From Bigelowiella natans CCMP2755 (taxonomy: Eukaryota; Protista; Cercozoa), in NCBI GenBank assembly GCA_000320545.1, contig ADNK01003301.1:1-64000 (forward strand): 64,000 nucleotides of DNA. The letters run 5' to 3'. Within the stretch, counting starts at the first letter, position 1, and every line of letters begins with the position of its first letter. A program made the translations under genes and the position numbers. Shown one piece after another: positions 50,601 through 64,000 of the stretch. Under the pieces are notes generated by a model. The model did no database searches. It was given only the letters and a program-made list of their open reading frames with translations, and had not been told where the DNA came from.

Positions 50601-51475
50601 AAATTCTATTGGTAAGAATGAAACAAATTGCGGCCTTGTGAACTACTGCCTGCTTCTTTATAAAAACGGTGAGACATCTTTCTTACAACACAAACACATA
50701 GTCATTATTACTACGACCTCATCGAAAGACGCAGCTCACGTGTACGTTCAAGCTTTTGTCGGAGAAAATGCTGCTGTGTTCTTTCATGGTTTTGTAGGAG
50801 AAGATGCTGCTGCTGCTGCTGCTGCATTTGTCTACTCTTCCCCGTTGTCCCAAGTTTTCGATTGGTCGTACAAAAAACAACATTTCGTCCTTGCCGCCGC
50901 AATGTAGAACTCTGCAATCGTAGAAGAAAGAAAGGTATTCATTGTTCGCATGACGTCACAATTGCCTTTCTCTGCTATTCCCTGGCGTTTAGCTAGTACT
51001 ATCTGACGGGTGCATACATTTTTCGGCTGGCAAGTAAGTTTTACCATCGTAAAAACATCATAGGCGAAGGCGATCATGCGAATTTTTGAATTTAGATACC
51101 GTTTCCTCCTCTGACGAGCCATCACTGCAAAGAATATCCCGTGGCTTCCTCTGGCGAATCAGCAACCAGAGTCATTCATTATTCACAGTAGGTCCGATAT
51201 ATAATGTTACGGCTTGTTATTCAATCATACCCGAAAGTGATTTGACCCACTACTCATTGCCAACGACAGATAAGACACGTCTTATCTCATTCACAGCTTG
51301 GAACGGAAATAGCGATCGAGCGTGTGAGCGATGACGGGAGCACCTCGCACCTAATGAGACAGGCGATTTACTGAGCTGAGTGGTTCGATCGTAGCCTAGT
51401 GGTGGTCGTTTCTACAACTAACAGTGCTTTCTTTCTTGTTCTTTGTTGTTCGACCAACTGCGTTTCCATCAACAC

Positions 51476-51518
<43 letters not shown>

Positions 51519-52219
51519 GTGATCAGCACCATGCTTGTTGTTGTTCTTCTTCTTCTTCCTTCCTCCTCCTCCTCCTTCTCTGTTGCTCTATACTGTGTAT
51601 GGAATAAACTAATAAATGCTACGACTGCTTCTTCTGCTAGATTCTTATTATGAAAATTACCATTAAAAAAGGACTAGATCTACCGAAGATCCTGCACACC
51701 ATAAAATACGACAAGGAGAAGCAAAAGAGAAAATAATAAAACGTTTAGACTACAGCGTGACTAGATCTACTCATTATTACGTAGGATTAACCATGTGTAC
51801 TCGTATTGTTATTGGTTGTCGTAGAGGACGAAAAGGAGAAATAAAATCTTGTCGTTAAAATGAAAATCCCTTTGGAGAAGTTTGTTTTTTTTTTACCGTT
51901 TGTGTTGTGTCGCAGAGGTGAAATACTCAGTATTTGCTTCAGAGGACAATGGTTCTTCTGGCCATAAACAACAGTGTTAGTTTTCCACAATGGCCTCGTG
52001 GAAGGAACAACAACGTGTTGATTGAGAAAGTGGCTACGATGATGATGATAACAATAAAAGCTTAGGGGTTGCCGATGCGCAGCAATAGTCGGCAAGGCTT
52101 ATGTCGTGTGTGGACAGCTCTAACCCTTGCCATGTTCATTGGCTACATCCAGGTTTCCTTTTGCTTTTTTATCGTTTATGCGCCCACTCATTGATTGCAT
52201 TGCTAAATGTTCATTATAG

Positions 52220-55200
52220 AGGCCGAGGGTGCTTACAAGGGATGATAATGAAAATCATAAAAGCCAAAAACTGTACAGCTATCTCGAGAAATCTGACCGG
52301 CATCAACAAATGTTTTTGAAGAAAATTTTCATTCCTATGTTGGGTAAAGTTGAAGAAGCCAGAAGACCCGACCCATCACACCTCTGGGACGACGTTGGGA
52401 GGCCCTCTTCTTCTACAACCAATGCATTTTTATCGATTGACGAGCAGCTTAAGTGTGTCGAAGCTCTATTCCAAAGGGGTTCAATCTTTGGTAAATCCGC
52501 GTGCATCTCCAGTCGAACCGGACAGCACTCTATATTGAGCATGGACCGGAGCTTTAGTTACCGCCAGCAAATCGTTCAACAGGTTTCCTCGTCTGCTCCT
52601 AATCCACAGAAACGGTATTCAGCAATCTTCAATGTCACTACGCCAAGGACTGTTTTCCATCACTCTCTTAGCAGTCTCTACAGGTTACAAATAACATGAG
52701 ATTAGACAGAGAAGAGAGTTGCGAAATTAAAATGAAGTTAATGAGTTCTTGTGGTGCAGTAGGGAAAAGTAGTGGGAACCTTTTAGTAATTTATGGATCG
52801 ATTGATGATATTTATGGATTCGTTGATGAAGTTATTCCATTGAATAGGAGCCAATTTGGCTTGGATGCAGATATGATGACGCTCTCCAACGAAGTCCAGA
52901 AATTGGCGATGGCATATAACGGCTTGCGAAACTTAGCAAAAGCTTTATTTTTCCATAATATTCTGTTGTCTTTGCCGTCTGTGGTGCACATGAATTTCAA
53001 GAATGATCCCGATGGAGGATGCTATTACTCAGATGTGTGTGAACAAACACAATAGTAGGCTCTATCTGCGATCTAGTAGAATAGCACGATCGATATTATT
53101 GATACTGTATAATTTTGTAGTAGTGGTGCTCACTCACTCACTCAATGGGTGGCCGAGTATGACATAGTTGTACTTATTATTATTGTGTTCTCGCCTAAAT
53201 AATTATTCATTTTTTCTTAGGAACGAACGTTGTGATATCATTGCTGACATGATACTTTTAATTTTTATAACTTTGAGAGCGACCAATGTGAATTTGCTAT
53301 TCATGTTCCCCCATCTTTCCTGCCTTGAAATGTATCTACGAATTAGATCATTTTTAGATTATTGTGATTGATGATTTCGTTTTTTTTATTTTTATATATC
53401 AGGATATACAAATTCTGCTCGATGAAAGATACAGCCTCATGGTGAATGATATCGAGGATCGTTTGCGTAGATTAGGAGGGAGAAATAATGTAAATGATGA
53501 AGATGGTGATAGTAAACGTAGTAGTGGCAATAACAAGGAAGCTAATTCCGCAACTTCCAACACGATGCAACGGTTTTTTAATTCTTATCCAGGGATGTGG
53601 TAATAATACCAACATAACTAACACTAAAACAAAATTAGCGAATACACTGTGAACATACCAAGAATATGAATAGTTATATATTGTATTGCGACAAATTCAA
53701 GGGTTTGCATGAAAACATGTTTCAAATTGCATTTCTGTTAAATATTGGAAGATAAGAGATTTTAATGTCCTGTAGTCGATAGATCAGCACATATGGTAAA
53801 TAAAGTGTTATTTATTTTGATCCAAAGAAAGTCATAACTTTCTTACTGTGACGGTAATTACTATTACTCATTAAAAATAACATCATTGAATAACACGATT
53901 TTAATCATTCATCACCAAAATAATAATTACCACAATTGCTAAAATGTTGGTTTATTGCTTCTTCCTCTTTTTGCAACAAAATTATTACTTTCAGGTATAA
54001 ATTTCGGTTCATAAATGTACCCATGACGCATATAAACACCGAGCGTTTGGCCTCTATGAACACTCCTCCACTTTCTCCTCTAAATATTGGAATATCGAAG
54101 ACCACAAAATTAGAGCAGCCTCTTCCTTCTGGAAATACCAAAACAATTTACAATACTGGCGTTACGAAGAAGAATGTTAATGCGGGCTCCTCCTCCATCT
54201 CCTCCTCCTCTCTATTTTTTACTCCTAAAATGATAGATGGTGTTCGTGAGGAGGTAGCTCGGTTTATTCATCATCTCAAAACCGTGCTCTTCCCCTCCTA
54301 TCAGGTTGTTGTTGTCACAGTAGAAATAGTGAAGTTAGTCGTATCACCAGACCATGTAGTAGATACAACTTACAGCAGGGATAATGATGATGATGATGAT
54401 GATGATGATGATTACAACGACGATGAACGATAGCATTCTAATAGTGTAGAAGCTTTTAATAATGTGGAAATATCTAGCATTATAATTATTATCATCAGCA
54501 TATTAGCAATTAAATTTTCGTGGCTGGACTTCCAGAGTATGATTAAATCTTTCTTTCTCCTCTTCCTCTCCTTACTCTTCAAAAAGGTTGAAAATAGAGG
54601 TATATGTCCAGGGGATGAGGTAGAAATTGAGTGCTACTATTACGATTCTTCATCAAGCATAAGCAAGCGAAGAAGAAGGAAAAAGAATAATAACAAATCC
54701 AGCTGCTTTCTCCGTCACAACATCACGTGGGGTCTTCATCTTCTCCCAGATTCTTCATCTTCGAGCGCCCCGTTGAATAATAGTGGAGATAGTAGTACTA
54801 GTAGGGGCGGTAGCTCTAGCAGCATCAATGGCGTAGTTAAAAATGATAATACAACACAAGTATTGACAACTTCTCCGACAGAAAGGAAAGATGAAAAACT
54901 TGTCTTCAAGGGAGGAGGAGGCATGACGACGATAAATACACAGACACCGTTGTTGTCGTCATCACTTCTGCAAATATCTCCTTCTTCGTCATTTTCCTTT
55001 AAATTTTCGGAATTAAAAGGAGCTCGAGTGAAGGTGAGCACATGATGACGGCATTAATTTTATTACACTAGTTATTCATCATGCTTCCTAAATTCTATCT
55101 GTGATGTGTATTATCGCATATTGTATGAATTCCTAAATTTTATCTGTGATATGTATTATCGCATATTGGTTACTATGTTACCGATGCTAAGAAACAAGGT

Positions 55201-55623
55201 GTGTGTGTGTAATCATCGGCGCCTATTGTCTGGGTATATGATTGACTATTATTACTTTTATTTCTCTCCAATGAGGAAGCAATATAATCGGTTCATAATC
55301 TTCGTTCTTGTCACCATCAGGAATCACGTATTTGCGAGTGGGGGGGGAGGAAAATTAAGGCTACGGTTCCGTAAAAATATTATTACAAAAAAGAAGATGA
55401 GGCACACACCAATAAATTTGTGCTACGACATACAATTATTTAGAAACATAGCTGCTGCTGCTGCAAGGAGGGTAAAGGGGAGAAGTGTAAATATGTGTCA
55501 CATGTTCCAACAACAACCCCTCGTAGTTCCTTTCTCTCATCATCACCATGCATGTTTTTCACTCGTCGATTCTTCTTCTGTCTACTATTTTTTCATTGTA
55601 CGACTAATCGGCATAGATCATAA

Positions 55624-55659
<36 letters not shown>

Positions 55660-56205
55660 TACTAGTAATAATGATAATCAGGTGCTAGGAATTCGTGCTA
55701 GACTACACCCTGGGTCACAGGCAGAAAAAATATTCTTTGATGTTTTGAAGAAATTCGCATTTGCTTCTCTTAAGAGGAGAAGAGGCAGCGATTCTGGAAA
55801 AAGAGGACAAGGAAGAAAAAGAGGAGGAGGTGCATCGGTCAGTTACTTTTCATTCTGCTGTATTTTTTGTCAACTACAATACCATAGGAGAAACAATACT
55901 AGATGTACATTGAATATATCAGGTTGCGCCCTCCTCGCACTGTTTTGGCATTAAAGAACAGCGCGAATACTATTCAATCTTGAATTGCCTAAAAAAGAAG
56001 CAACCAGTCTCTTTCAAGCAATTGTACTCTGTTCTGGTGTATAATGCCTATTTGAGGGCTGAAGACATCCAGTAATTTTCGATTCGATGAGAGGATAACG
56101 ATTATTAGATGTTATCGAGTTACTCTTGCACACATTAACTTTCCCCAAAATGACTAATCATCATGTATTAAAATAGCAAACAGATGTTAGCACTGTTATG
56201 TATAC

Positions 56206-56263
<58 letters not shown>

Positions 56264-57220
56264 TGTATGGCATGTAAATATTAATAGTTCTGATATGAAA
56301 GAGCAGGTCTCACTTTTGATAGAAAAGTAATGTAATATCGAACAATGAGAGTGATTCAAAGTTTGATAATATTTTTACATTTTACAATTTTGTAAGAGAG
56401 AGTGAATGCTGATGTTAAAGTTACGTTATGATAATGGTTGCGATGGTTATTGATGTAAATAATGCAAAACAATATTATTATATGATAAAGGAATCGCAGA
56501 ATCGATGAATGGTACGAGCAAGAACTCGCTCGTTTAACGTCAGATCTTCAGGTGCTGCTGCCTGACTGCCTGCCTTTTAGTTCGTGGCATACATAGAATT
56601 AGAATAACAGTGATGATTGCCAATTCGCTTATCATGTATTAAAAAGGAAGCAGCTTGATAATAATAATAATAACGATAATAATATTAATATAATCGACAA
56701 CTATCAACCTCAACTAGTAAAGCCGACTTTAAGTCTTTAAGACCACATCATCATGTGTGCATGATATCATGTATCGTCTTACTCGATTTAAGTCTTTAAG
56801 ACCACAGCATCATGTGTGCATGATATCATGTATCGTCTTACTCGACACCACTAACGAAAATTTACCTGATTTTTGTCTCGTTGTTGTTAATGCTGGCGTG
56901 TTCGCTCAAAAAAGTTTTACTACTACCACTGCTACTACTACTACTATTTTTTAATTGCAAATTGAAGAGTATTCAACATCATAATACTTCTCACCTTCCA
57001 GCCTCCTCTCAAGACATTGGAAAAACAGGCACAGTACATGTGCAGCAAAAGCCTTGTTGCTCATAGGGAGAGGGTAATATTAGTAGTAGTAGTAGTAATG
57101 CTTTGTCATATCCTCTTAGTCGTCGTCGTCGTCGTCTTGAACAAGCAACAAAACAACATATAATACACAGCTTTATCAACCTACTACCGATCTTTCCCTC
57201 CATTTTCTGCTCGAAAGAAT

Positions 57221-57260
<40 letters not shown>

Positions 57261-57488
57261 TTGTGTGTCTCGGTAGTATTTATTCATTACTATGAGTAAA
57301 TCGTGCAGCAGCAACATCCGAGATGAAATAATTCCAATTAGGGATTCTTTTGCGGTGATATTGTGGCCATTACGGGTTTAAAGAATACCACTCATTTCAA
57401 TGGTTGTTCGCATGCAGTACGTACTTATATGTGCATATCCCAGAAGAGATAATAAACACTTGTATATTTATCCCCGCCGGGATTCAAA

Positions 57489-57531
<43 letters not shown>

Positions 57532-57737
57532 TTATATTGCGAATACATTATAATAAACAGAATGTTCACGTAAAATCGCTATCAAATAGTACTATTGAGG
57601 CAGTAATATCTAGCCACACAAATATTTTCATTTAATCCTTGAGTATATATCTACAAACATATTTTTCATTTAATCCGTGACTGATCGTTTTTGCCAAAGA
57701 ATTTCTGTCGCTTTGTTGAGAATAAATGGCTGGCTGG

Positions 57738-57774
<37 letters not shown>

Positions 57775-58282
57775 GCACTAACAACATTTGTATTATGACA
57801 ATACATAGGTGTGATCGGAATAGTATTTGCCGATTTTAACACGGCAATGGGTACGTATAAGGTGTGGACAAATCTCAGACCTGAGAAGCCCTATGAACTA
57901 TCCGAGGATAATCTCATACCAGTGCACCTCAGCAACCACAAATTACGCAAAAGATTGCAAAGTCGCTTGCGAAAATCAATGTTGAAGTGGAATAATGAGG
58001 AAATTTCTACTAATAATGCGAAGTCACGCGAAGATAAGAAAGATGACGACAATGGTTCTTTTTCGAGAAATCTCATCTGTAAGCTGCCGTCGTTCATCGT
58101 CGTTTACTATTATAAAGTATCTATCTAGAAACATATGAAGTCGTTGCTATCATCCGTTTGTTCATGCATATATAATACGTCACAAAATAACAAACCCTTG
58201 AGCGACAGCGACAGTATTTAAACCTACGATTTCTGAAAATGGATGCGTATGTATTCTTACATCCCTGGGTCTCCCCCCACCC

Positions 58283-58353
<71 letters not shown>

Positions 58354-59337
58354 CGTGTGACTGTATATGTGGGTGGGTAGTTTGTGAAGGAAAGATAAGA
58401 GGAAGTTTAGCAACATAGAGCAAAGGGGGAGAGAACGCAGAATTTAACTTTATTAGTTTATTCACCCAACATAATATTTTACACAACCAACTGCATAATA
58501 TTTAGCTAACAATGTAATCATATATATAATGCATGTAATAGTAAAAAATACCTCTTGAATAGCCGTCCGATCTGCAGATAAAGATGATAATATTTTAATG
58601 TATCAACAGCCCTCCGATACAATGAAGAGGACGCTGTCAGGCGCTCGTTATGTACTTTTGTTCAATATCATCGAGCTGCGATTTTGAGGGAAGTCAGACG
58701 AAATGCAGCTGCTCGCAGTATTGCTCGCGGTGTAAGTGATGGAACAATTCGTAACCATGGTACGAGTATCGTCCTCAGTCCAGAAGCTGAAGACTTTGAG
58801 AGAGAGTATTACAAAGAACATCAACGGTGGAAAGATGCAAAGCTACGGCTGGATGTCTCTTACAGATCTGAATTTCTTTGTGATATCATATCGCGGCGCA
58901 CTGTAGCTTGGCTTCGGGAACATCTACAAGACATAAAATGTGACGTAATAGCTGCGAAAGCTGCACGACGTCTCAAAGTTGCAAGTGCAGTGCACTTAAA
59001 AGAGACTTTGAACACGAGGGCAGCAACGTCCTCGTCTCCTCCAACGAGTAACAATGGGAAAAGATTTCCTTTTCGAAATCAACGCAATGAGAAGAAAATT
59101 GGGGGGAAATGTATGGAGAGCTACTCAAATTCGTCAGAGCCTGAAAGAAAGATATCCCAAGAAGACGACCAGGAAATAAAATCAACAATGTTTGCAAAAA
59201 GGGGAATAAGCATTTCTAGAACCAAAAATTGTCCATCAGTCCCCACCAATGACGAAGGCAATGAGTGGCTAAATTTAATGGCTCAGATAGAACATCTCAA
59301 GATCAGACGGAAAAAAAAAATGACAAATAAAGCTTAA
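52220..59337 (+). CDS. Hypothetical multi-exon protein(s), possible GOLD-like beta segment; exon structure unresolved
   Basis: Protein-like open blocks flanked by AG/GT at ~52220-52680, 53403-53600, 53996-54250, 54587-55033, 55321-, 55682-, 56492-56551, 57809- and 58684-59337 (stop TAA). Could be more than one gene. Confidence 0.4.
55085..55168 (+). repeat. Intronic tandem duplication, 2 x ~44 bp
   Basis: ttcctaaatt(c/t)tatctgtgat(g/a)tgtattatcgcatattg occurs twice. Confidence 0.85.
56724..56845 (+). repeat. Intronic tandem duplication, 2 x ~59 bp
   Basis: tttaagtctttaagaccaca(t/g)catcatgtgtgcatgatatcatgtatcgtcttactcga occurs twice. Confidence 0.9.
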
Positions 59338-60257
59338 AATCATGTACAGCGTGATGATTGAACATTTACCAATCTAGCAATGGGCGATCTAAGCGATGCG
59401 TTGCAAGTTGGTCATGTTTGTAATACACATGACGAGAAATGTTGCATTAACTACAGACCTGAGGTCAAACTAAACAAATATTGCAAATTCAAATTTTTCT
59501 GTGCCTTAACCCAGCTCAGAGCTAGCCAGCTAGCCAGATGCGCATTACTAGACATAGCAAGATGTCTACATAGATGCTTGGTGCTACAGCTGCGATGTGT
59601 TTCAAATTTCAATAATGATGGTGACTTTGAAATCAATTTCCAACACAGTGCAACATGTCTAGATGTGACTAGTGCGCGCATGCATGTATACGTCTAGCTA
59701 GCTAGTTAGATGGACAATCGTATGTCGATATAGACTGAAGCAGCAGCATGCAGCAGCATCGCAGCAGAGCCTACTGATGCACGCAAATGTGAATTGCAAG
59801 GCTGCAGGAGGCACATCAGAAGGCATTTTTGATGGGTCGTTTGGAGCGATTTCAAGCACCTCGCGTGCATGCTAGCGGTGCCTCACGGGCGCCAAAATGC
59901 CAAAATCATTTTGCGAGCTCACAATGACCAAATGAAAATTTTCACCAGAGGATCAGTCATGAAAATGATTTTTGGCAAAACTGATCTGTGGCCTTAATTC
60001 ATCAATCTAGCAATGCAATCATCTAGTCATCATAGCTGATAGCCACCATCCAAAATTGTAGACATGCCTATGGTCATAAGATATAAAAAAAATGAACTAG
60101 TGAACGTGAAGACCGGAACCGATATAATGCAGCTGTAGAGCTAAACAAACAATACATTTTGTGCATGGCGTCAGCTGTGGCGCACTGGCGCACAATCATG
60201 TAATTGGCATCGCGATCCCGCTACAGGTAGCATAGCGGTATACTGTGTTGAGTTAGT

Positions 60258-61153
60258 CTACAACATCGCTAGAACAAAGGAAAGCACCACAGCACTAATT
60301 CCACCGATTGTAGCATAACGTAAATTTTCTAGCTGATATTTCTTAGATTTAGAAATCCCGAGATTGGTGTTTTTGCGTTCTTTTGCTTCAGGAGTACGTC
60401 CCGGTAGAAATCCTTGCTTGATCCAGTAAATATTTCCATATGAAGCATAGATTTCCTCACCGATCGAAATATTACGTTTTGCCCGAATAACAGCCTAATT
60501 AAGTTTGAATTTGAGATACCGCACAAATTTAAATTTAAACAAATCTCACTTTCTGCTTCTTCGGCAAAGCTTCGAACTTTGCGTTTATAGACTCTGGGTC
60601 TCCATTATCATTTACATAGCGCCCAAAAGAATGCACGTGATTTTTGGCATTGATGCTTACTTTTGAATCCAAGGCTGCGCGATAATGATAGTGAAATTTA
60701 GAATTGGATAATAATTTTGATCGGACCATTTCACTTACTAAAAATGTAGGAAGTATCAGTGTTTCCATGTAATAGTTGATCGACTGTACAAAGAGTACCT
60801 GAAACATAAAGAATCTTGTATGAGAGATGAAGAAATAAAATGGGACAGAGTGCCTAATACCTTCATACTCGCACACAATTTCGCCCTTCTGAAATTCAGC
60901 CTTTGAGAATAAGCCGTTTCCTAGCAATTGATGACTATTGAGCTGTTTCAATGATGTTCAATTCGTCAAAATTCTCACAATCACCTGCGCCTTTGATATT
61001 GGAAGGCTGCACTACCAGAGAAGAGTTCTCAGGAAGCTTCTCGGCAAGTTTAACATCTGCATCAAAGTGACCGGCTTCTTGAACCCTGCCCCTTGGCAGA
61101 TGCAAGTGCATGATACGGAATGATTCGAGAAATGAATGTCTATACGGTCTCAT
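60258..61153 (-). CDS. Small SET-domain lysine methyltransferase with C-terminal hydrophobic anchor, 5 exons
   Basis: Exons ~61153-60985, 60920-60861, 60798-60739, ~60674-60549, 60494-60258 give VVQPSNIKGAGNGLFSKAEFQKGEIVCEYEG..SYIFTLD..GRYVND..NAKF..VIRAKRNISIGEEIYASYGNIYW..YATIGGISAVVLSFVLAML*. Start codon uncertain. Confidence 0.85.
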
Positions 61154-61682
61154 TATTTTCTTTCTTATAGGTTAGGTGGATGGTTGACTGTTTCCTCCTC
61201 CCTTCCTCCCTCCTCCTTCTTATTCTCCAGTTGGCTTCTCGTGTTCCACACTTATTTACCATAGTTTACTATCTACGACAACTTTGTATGGTTGTCGCAT
61301 ATTCAAATCATCGAAAATCAAACACCTGATACTTCTTCTGCAAGCACGTTGAGATTATCCGTAAATGCCGGGAGTTATTAGGATTGAAAGGGGTACATGT
61401 ACTGCTGTATTTCGGGTATTTTTACGTCGGATAGATCTAGACTAGATTTAATAAAGGAAATCCATGGAAATGTAGATCTACTACAGGTACTACTGTGCTG
61501 ACTAGTCTAGATCTAGTAGATGATTATTATTATTATGATGTTGTGTTTCCTGGATCTAGATTCTAGTATACTAGCTACACATGTGTCGCTCATTCATTTT
61601 TCACCCGATAAAATATTTACTTATTTATTTAATTTATTTATTTGCTCAGAATTATCGGATTCCAAACCACGTGCTTGCTCAG

Positions 61683-63000
61683 ATGATGAGCGACGAGCAG
61701 TGAGTGAGTGCCTGCCCTACACGATGATGATGATGATGATGATACTGCCAACTTCCTGGATTTGGGGCTGTGAGGCGGGTAAGTCCCTTCGCTACGTGCA
61801 GGATTAGCAAAACCAATAAGTTGGTTGATCCCAAAGCACAGGTACGATGTCACGTTAGTCTACGGTATAGCAAAATAAAGCTAAGACAGCTCTTGCTTAA
61901 TAAAACTGATCCCAAATTTTTAAAATTCCCCCCACCATTCAGAATAAATTCATGGATGAAAAGATGAAAAAGCGTGTAAGCATCCGAGATATGCACTTGG
62001 TTTGTAAAAGTGCTACTATTGTCGGGTGTTATTAGATAGTTCAGTAAACGAGTAGAAGCGCCGCCAGTGTAGAAGAAAGAAGAAACCGTATAGGATTATG
62101 GCAATGTTTCTGCTTTTGTCGCAATAGAATTTCAACAATCTGCTGTCGCTTTAAACGTTTGCAGGCCAGAGCAAAGGATCGAGTTAAACTTCTCAGAAAC
62201 GAAATGCTTTCCTTAATGGTGAATATGTTTGGATAGCGAATCGACCAATTGTGAGAACGATAATTATTGTCATAATCAGAGAGAAAATAACACACAACGG
62301 GTGATCCAGAAGGCAGTTGACATATTAGGGGAATTTAATAACTCTGGAAGAGGACAATTTTTCACACCTCGAGAATACCATCAATTATACTCGATGGTAA
62401 CCGAAGCGCTCGATCATTTAGAATCCTACATTGCCAAGACTTTCTCAAAGAATAACAAATGCAAATTTGGAGTTCTAGATTTGTACGAGGTAGTAATGTG
62501 GCAGTAGAAGTAGTAGTGGTAGTTGTAGTTGTGCTGGTGGGAAAAGTGGTAGAAAGTAGAAGAAGAAGAAGAAGAGGAGGAGGAGAAGAAGATTAGAGAA
62601 AAAGTAATTTTATTCTGATGGATGAAAACCTGCTATATAATGATCTTATCATACCGTGTCATACAGCATGTGCAGCACTCTGGACAGATAATTCCACGAC
62701 TTTTCCTTATGATTGCGGTCGGATCAGTTGCCATTACGCAAATGCGTGCACCAGCAAAAGACATCCTTTTTGACTTAGTTGAGATATGCAGTGGAGTTCA
62801 GCACCCGATGCGGGGGTTGTTTCTTCGGAATTACCTCTCACGAACAACGCAGAGTAAGCTACCAGATAAGGGATCGCAGTATGAAGGGTAGTAGTACACT
62901 GTGCAAAAAGATATTTTGTTTTCCCGTTAAGTGAGCTCAAACACGATAATGATACAATATACTGCTACTACCACTACTATTACTCCTCCTCCTCCTCCTC

Positions 63001-63034
<34 letters not shown>

Positions 63035-64000
63035 ACGCCGCTGATTGCTGCAAATGCCCTTATGATGTAACTATAGTTTAAATTAGTAGTCTCTGATAAT
63101 GAGATGAAAGTCGTCATTAGTATTGTTTAATGTGAAATCGTCAACACATATGACGATAACTATTTATGGTCTTTACTGGTAGTCTTGGAGGAAACGTGCG
63201 GGATGCTATCGAATTTGTTCTTCGTAATTTTGTGGAGATGATTAAGTTGTGGGTCAGGATGAGGGAAAAAAATAGAAATTCTTCTTCCATATCGTCGTCT
63301 TCTCTGTATTTTTCGGAGCAAAGTCGAATGGTGCCATCGTCGTCATCATCGTTGTCATCTTCACATTTAGTGCTAGACACTTTTGATGCCAACGAGGAGG
63401 AACGAAGTAATCTTAAAGAGTTGGTAGGTGCACCATTGAATAACCTGAGTCATATCAGTGGTCTAGATCTTGATCTCTACCGCCAAGTCGTGCTACCTAG
63501 AATACTCGAGCAAACGGTGAATTGCAAGGACGTTATGGCACAGGAATACCTCATGGAGGCCATAATTAAGGTACTCTAACTTAGCGATCAAGGGGGTAGA
63601 TTGTGCCAAAGAAACAAAATCTTAAATTACCCCAGTTTCACGGCTCAATACCATTTGATGTGACTTTTCTATACTTCCTCCATATCTCTTTGTGCCTGTT
63701 GCAATGAGTAAATGTTTTTTATACGAATAGGCATTCGCTGCAGATTTTCACCTAAGCTCTCTGCAGATGTTTCTTGAGACTTTGGTCCACTTACAGCAAG
63801 AAGTCAATTCAAGTCAAATTCTTATGTCCATGATGCATCGTCTTTCTACTTCAGCCGACGCTCTGAAGCTGGCCGAATCTGACTCTTTTCCACTGATTCA
63901 TCATTACAGTTCGGACGTAGTGCGATTATTATTACAGACAAGTATGAAAAAAAAGAAGCTGCTGCTTGATGGTAGCATCACACTGCTCTTTTCTATTCTA
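61683..64000 (+). CDS. VPS35: Retromer subunit VPS35, 5' part (runs off the window), multi-exon, divergent
   Basis: [14 protein letters not shown]|[76 protein letters not shown]. Start position approximate. Confidence 0.92.

Noticed and set aside
50600-51560. Protein-like minus-strand text broken by stops upstream of the DENN gene (possible readthrough or alternative code)
   Set aside because: Stops of all three types occur in all frames and other genes use the standard code. Unresolved introns, UTR or assembly error are more likely.

Overview
Eukaryotic nuclear DNA with dense GT-AG spliceosomal introns, many of them filled with microsatellites. Several proteins (EF-G, a 2OG-Fe(II) oxygenase, an HMG-box protein) carry signal-peptide plus transit-peptide-like leaders, which points to an alga with a secondary plastid; the leader style suggests a chlorarachniophyte (inference). 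About 15 genes are present, mostly in alternating divergent and convergent pairs: ESF1 (3' part), a P4H-like oxygenase, a 24-exon transglutaminase-like (SirB1/FBXO21 type) gene with two Tudor-like domains inserted into the fold, a double HMG-box protein with an organellar leader, a K+-independent H+-PPase, a Cys-rich orphan, plastid EF-G, RidA, UTP13/TBL3, RPS3, a GH1 beta-glucosidase, a giant DENND4-like protein with DysF-like domains, a hypothetical gene, a tail-anchored SET protein and VPS35 (5' part). Spacers downstream of gene 3' ends hold TGCA/CATG/CTAG-rich degenerate repeat DNA, a recurring ~60-65 bp element and a MITE-like unit with 28-bp terminal inverted repeats. Family assignments come from motif recognition by eye, and exon models were built by hand from splice sites and reading phase. 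No database search was run.
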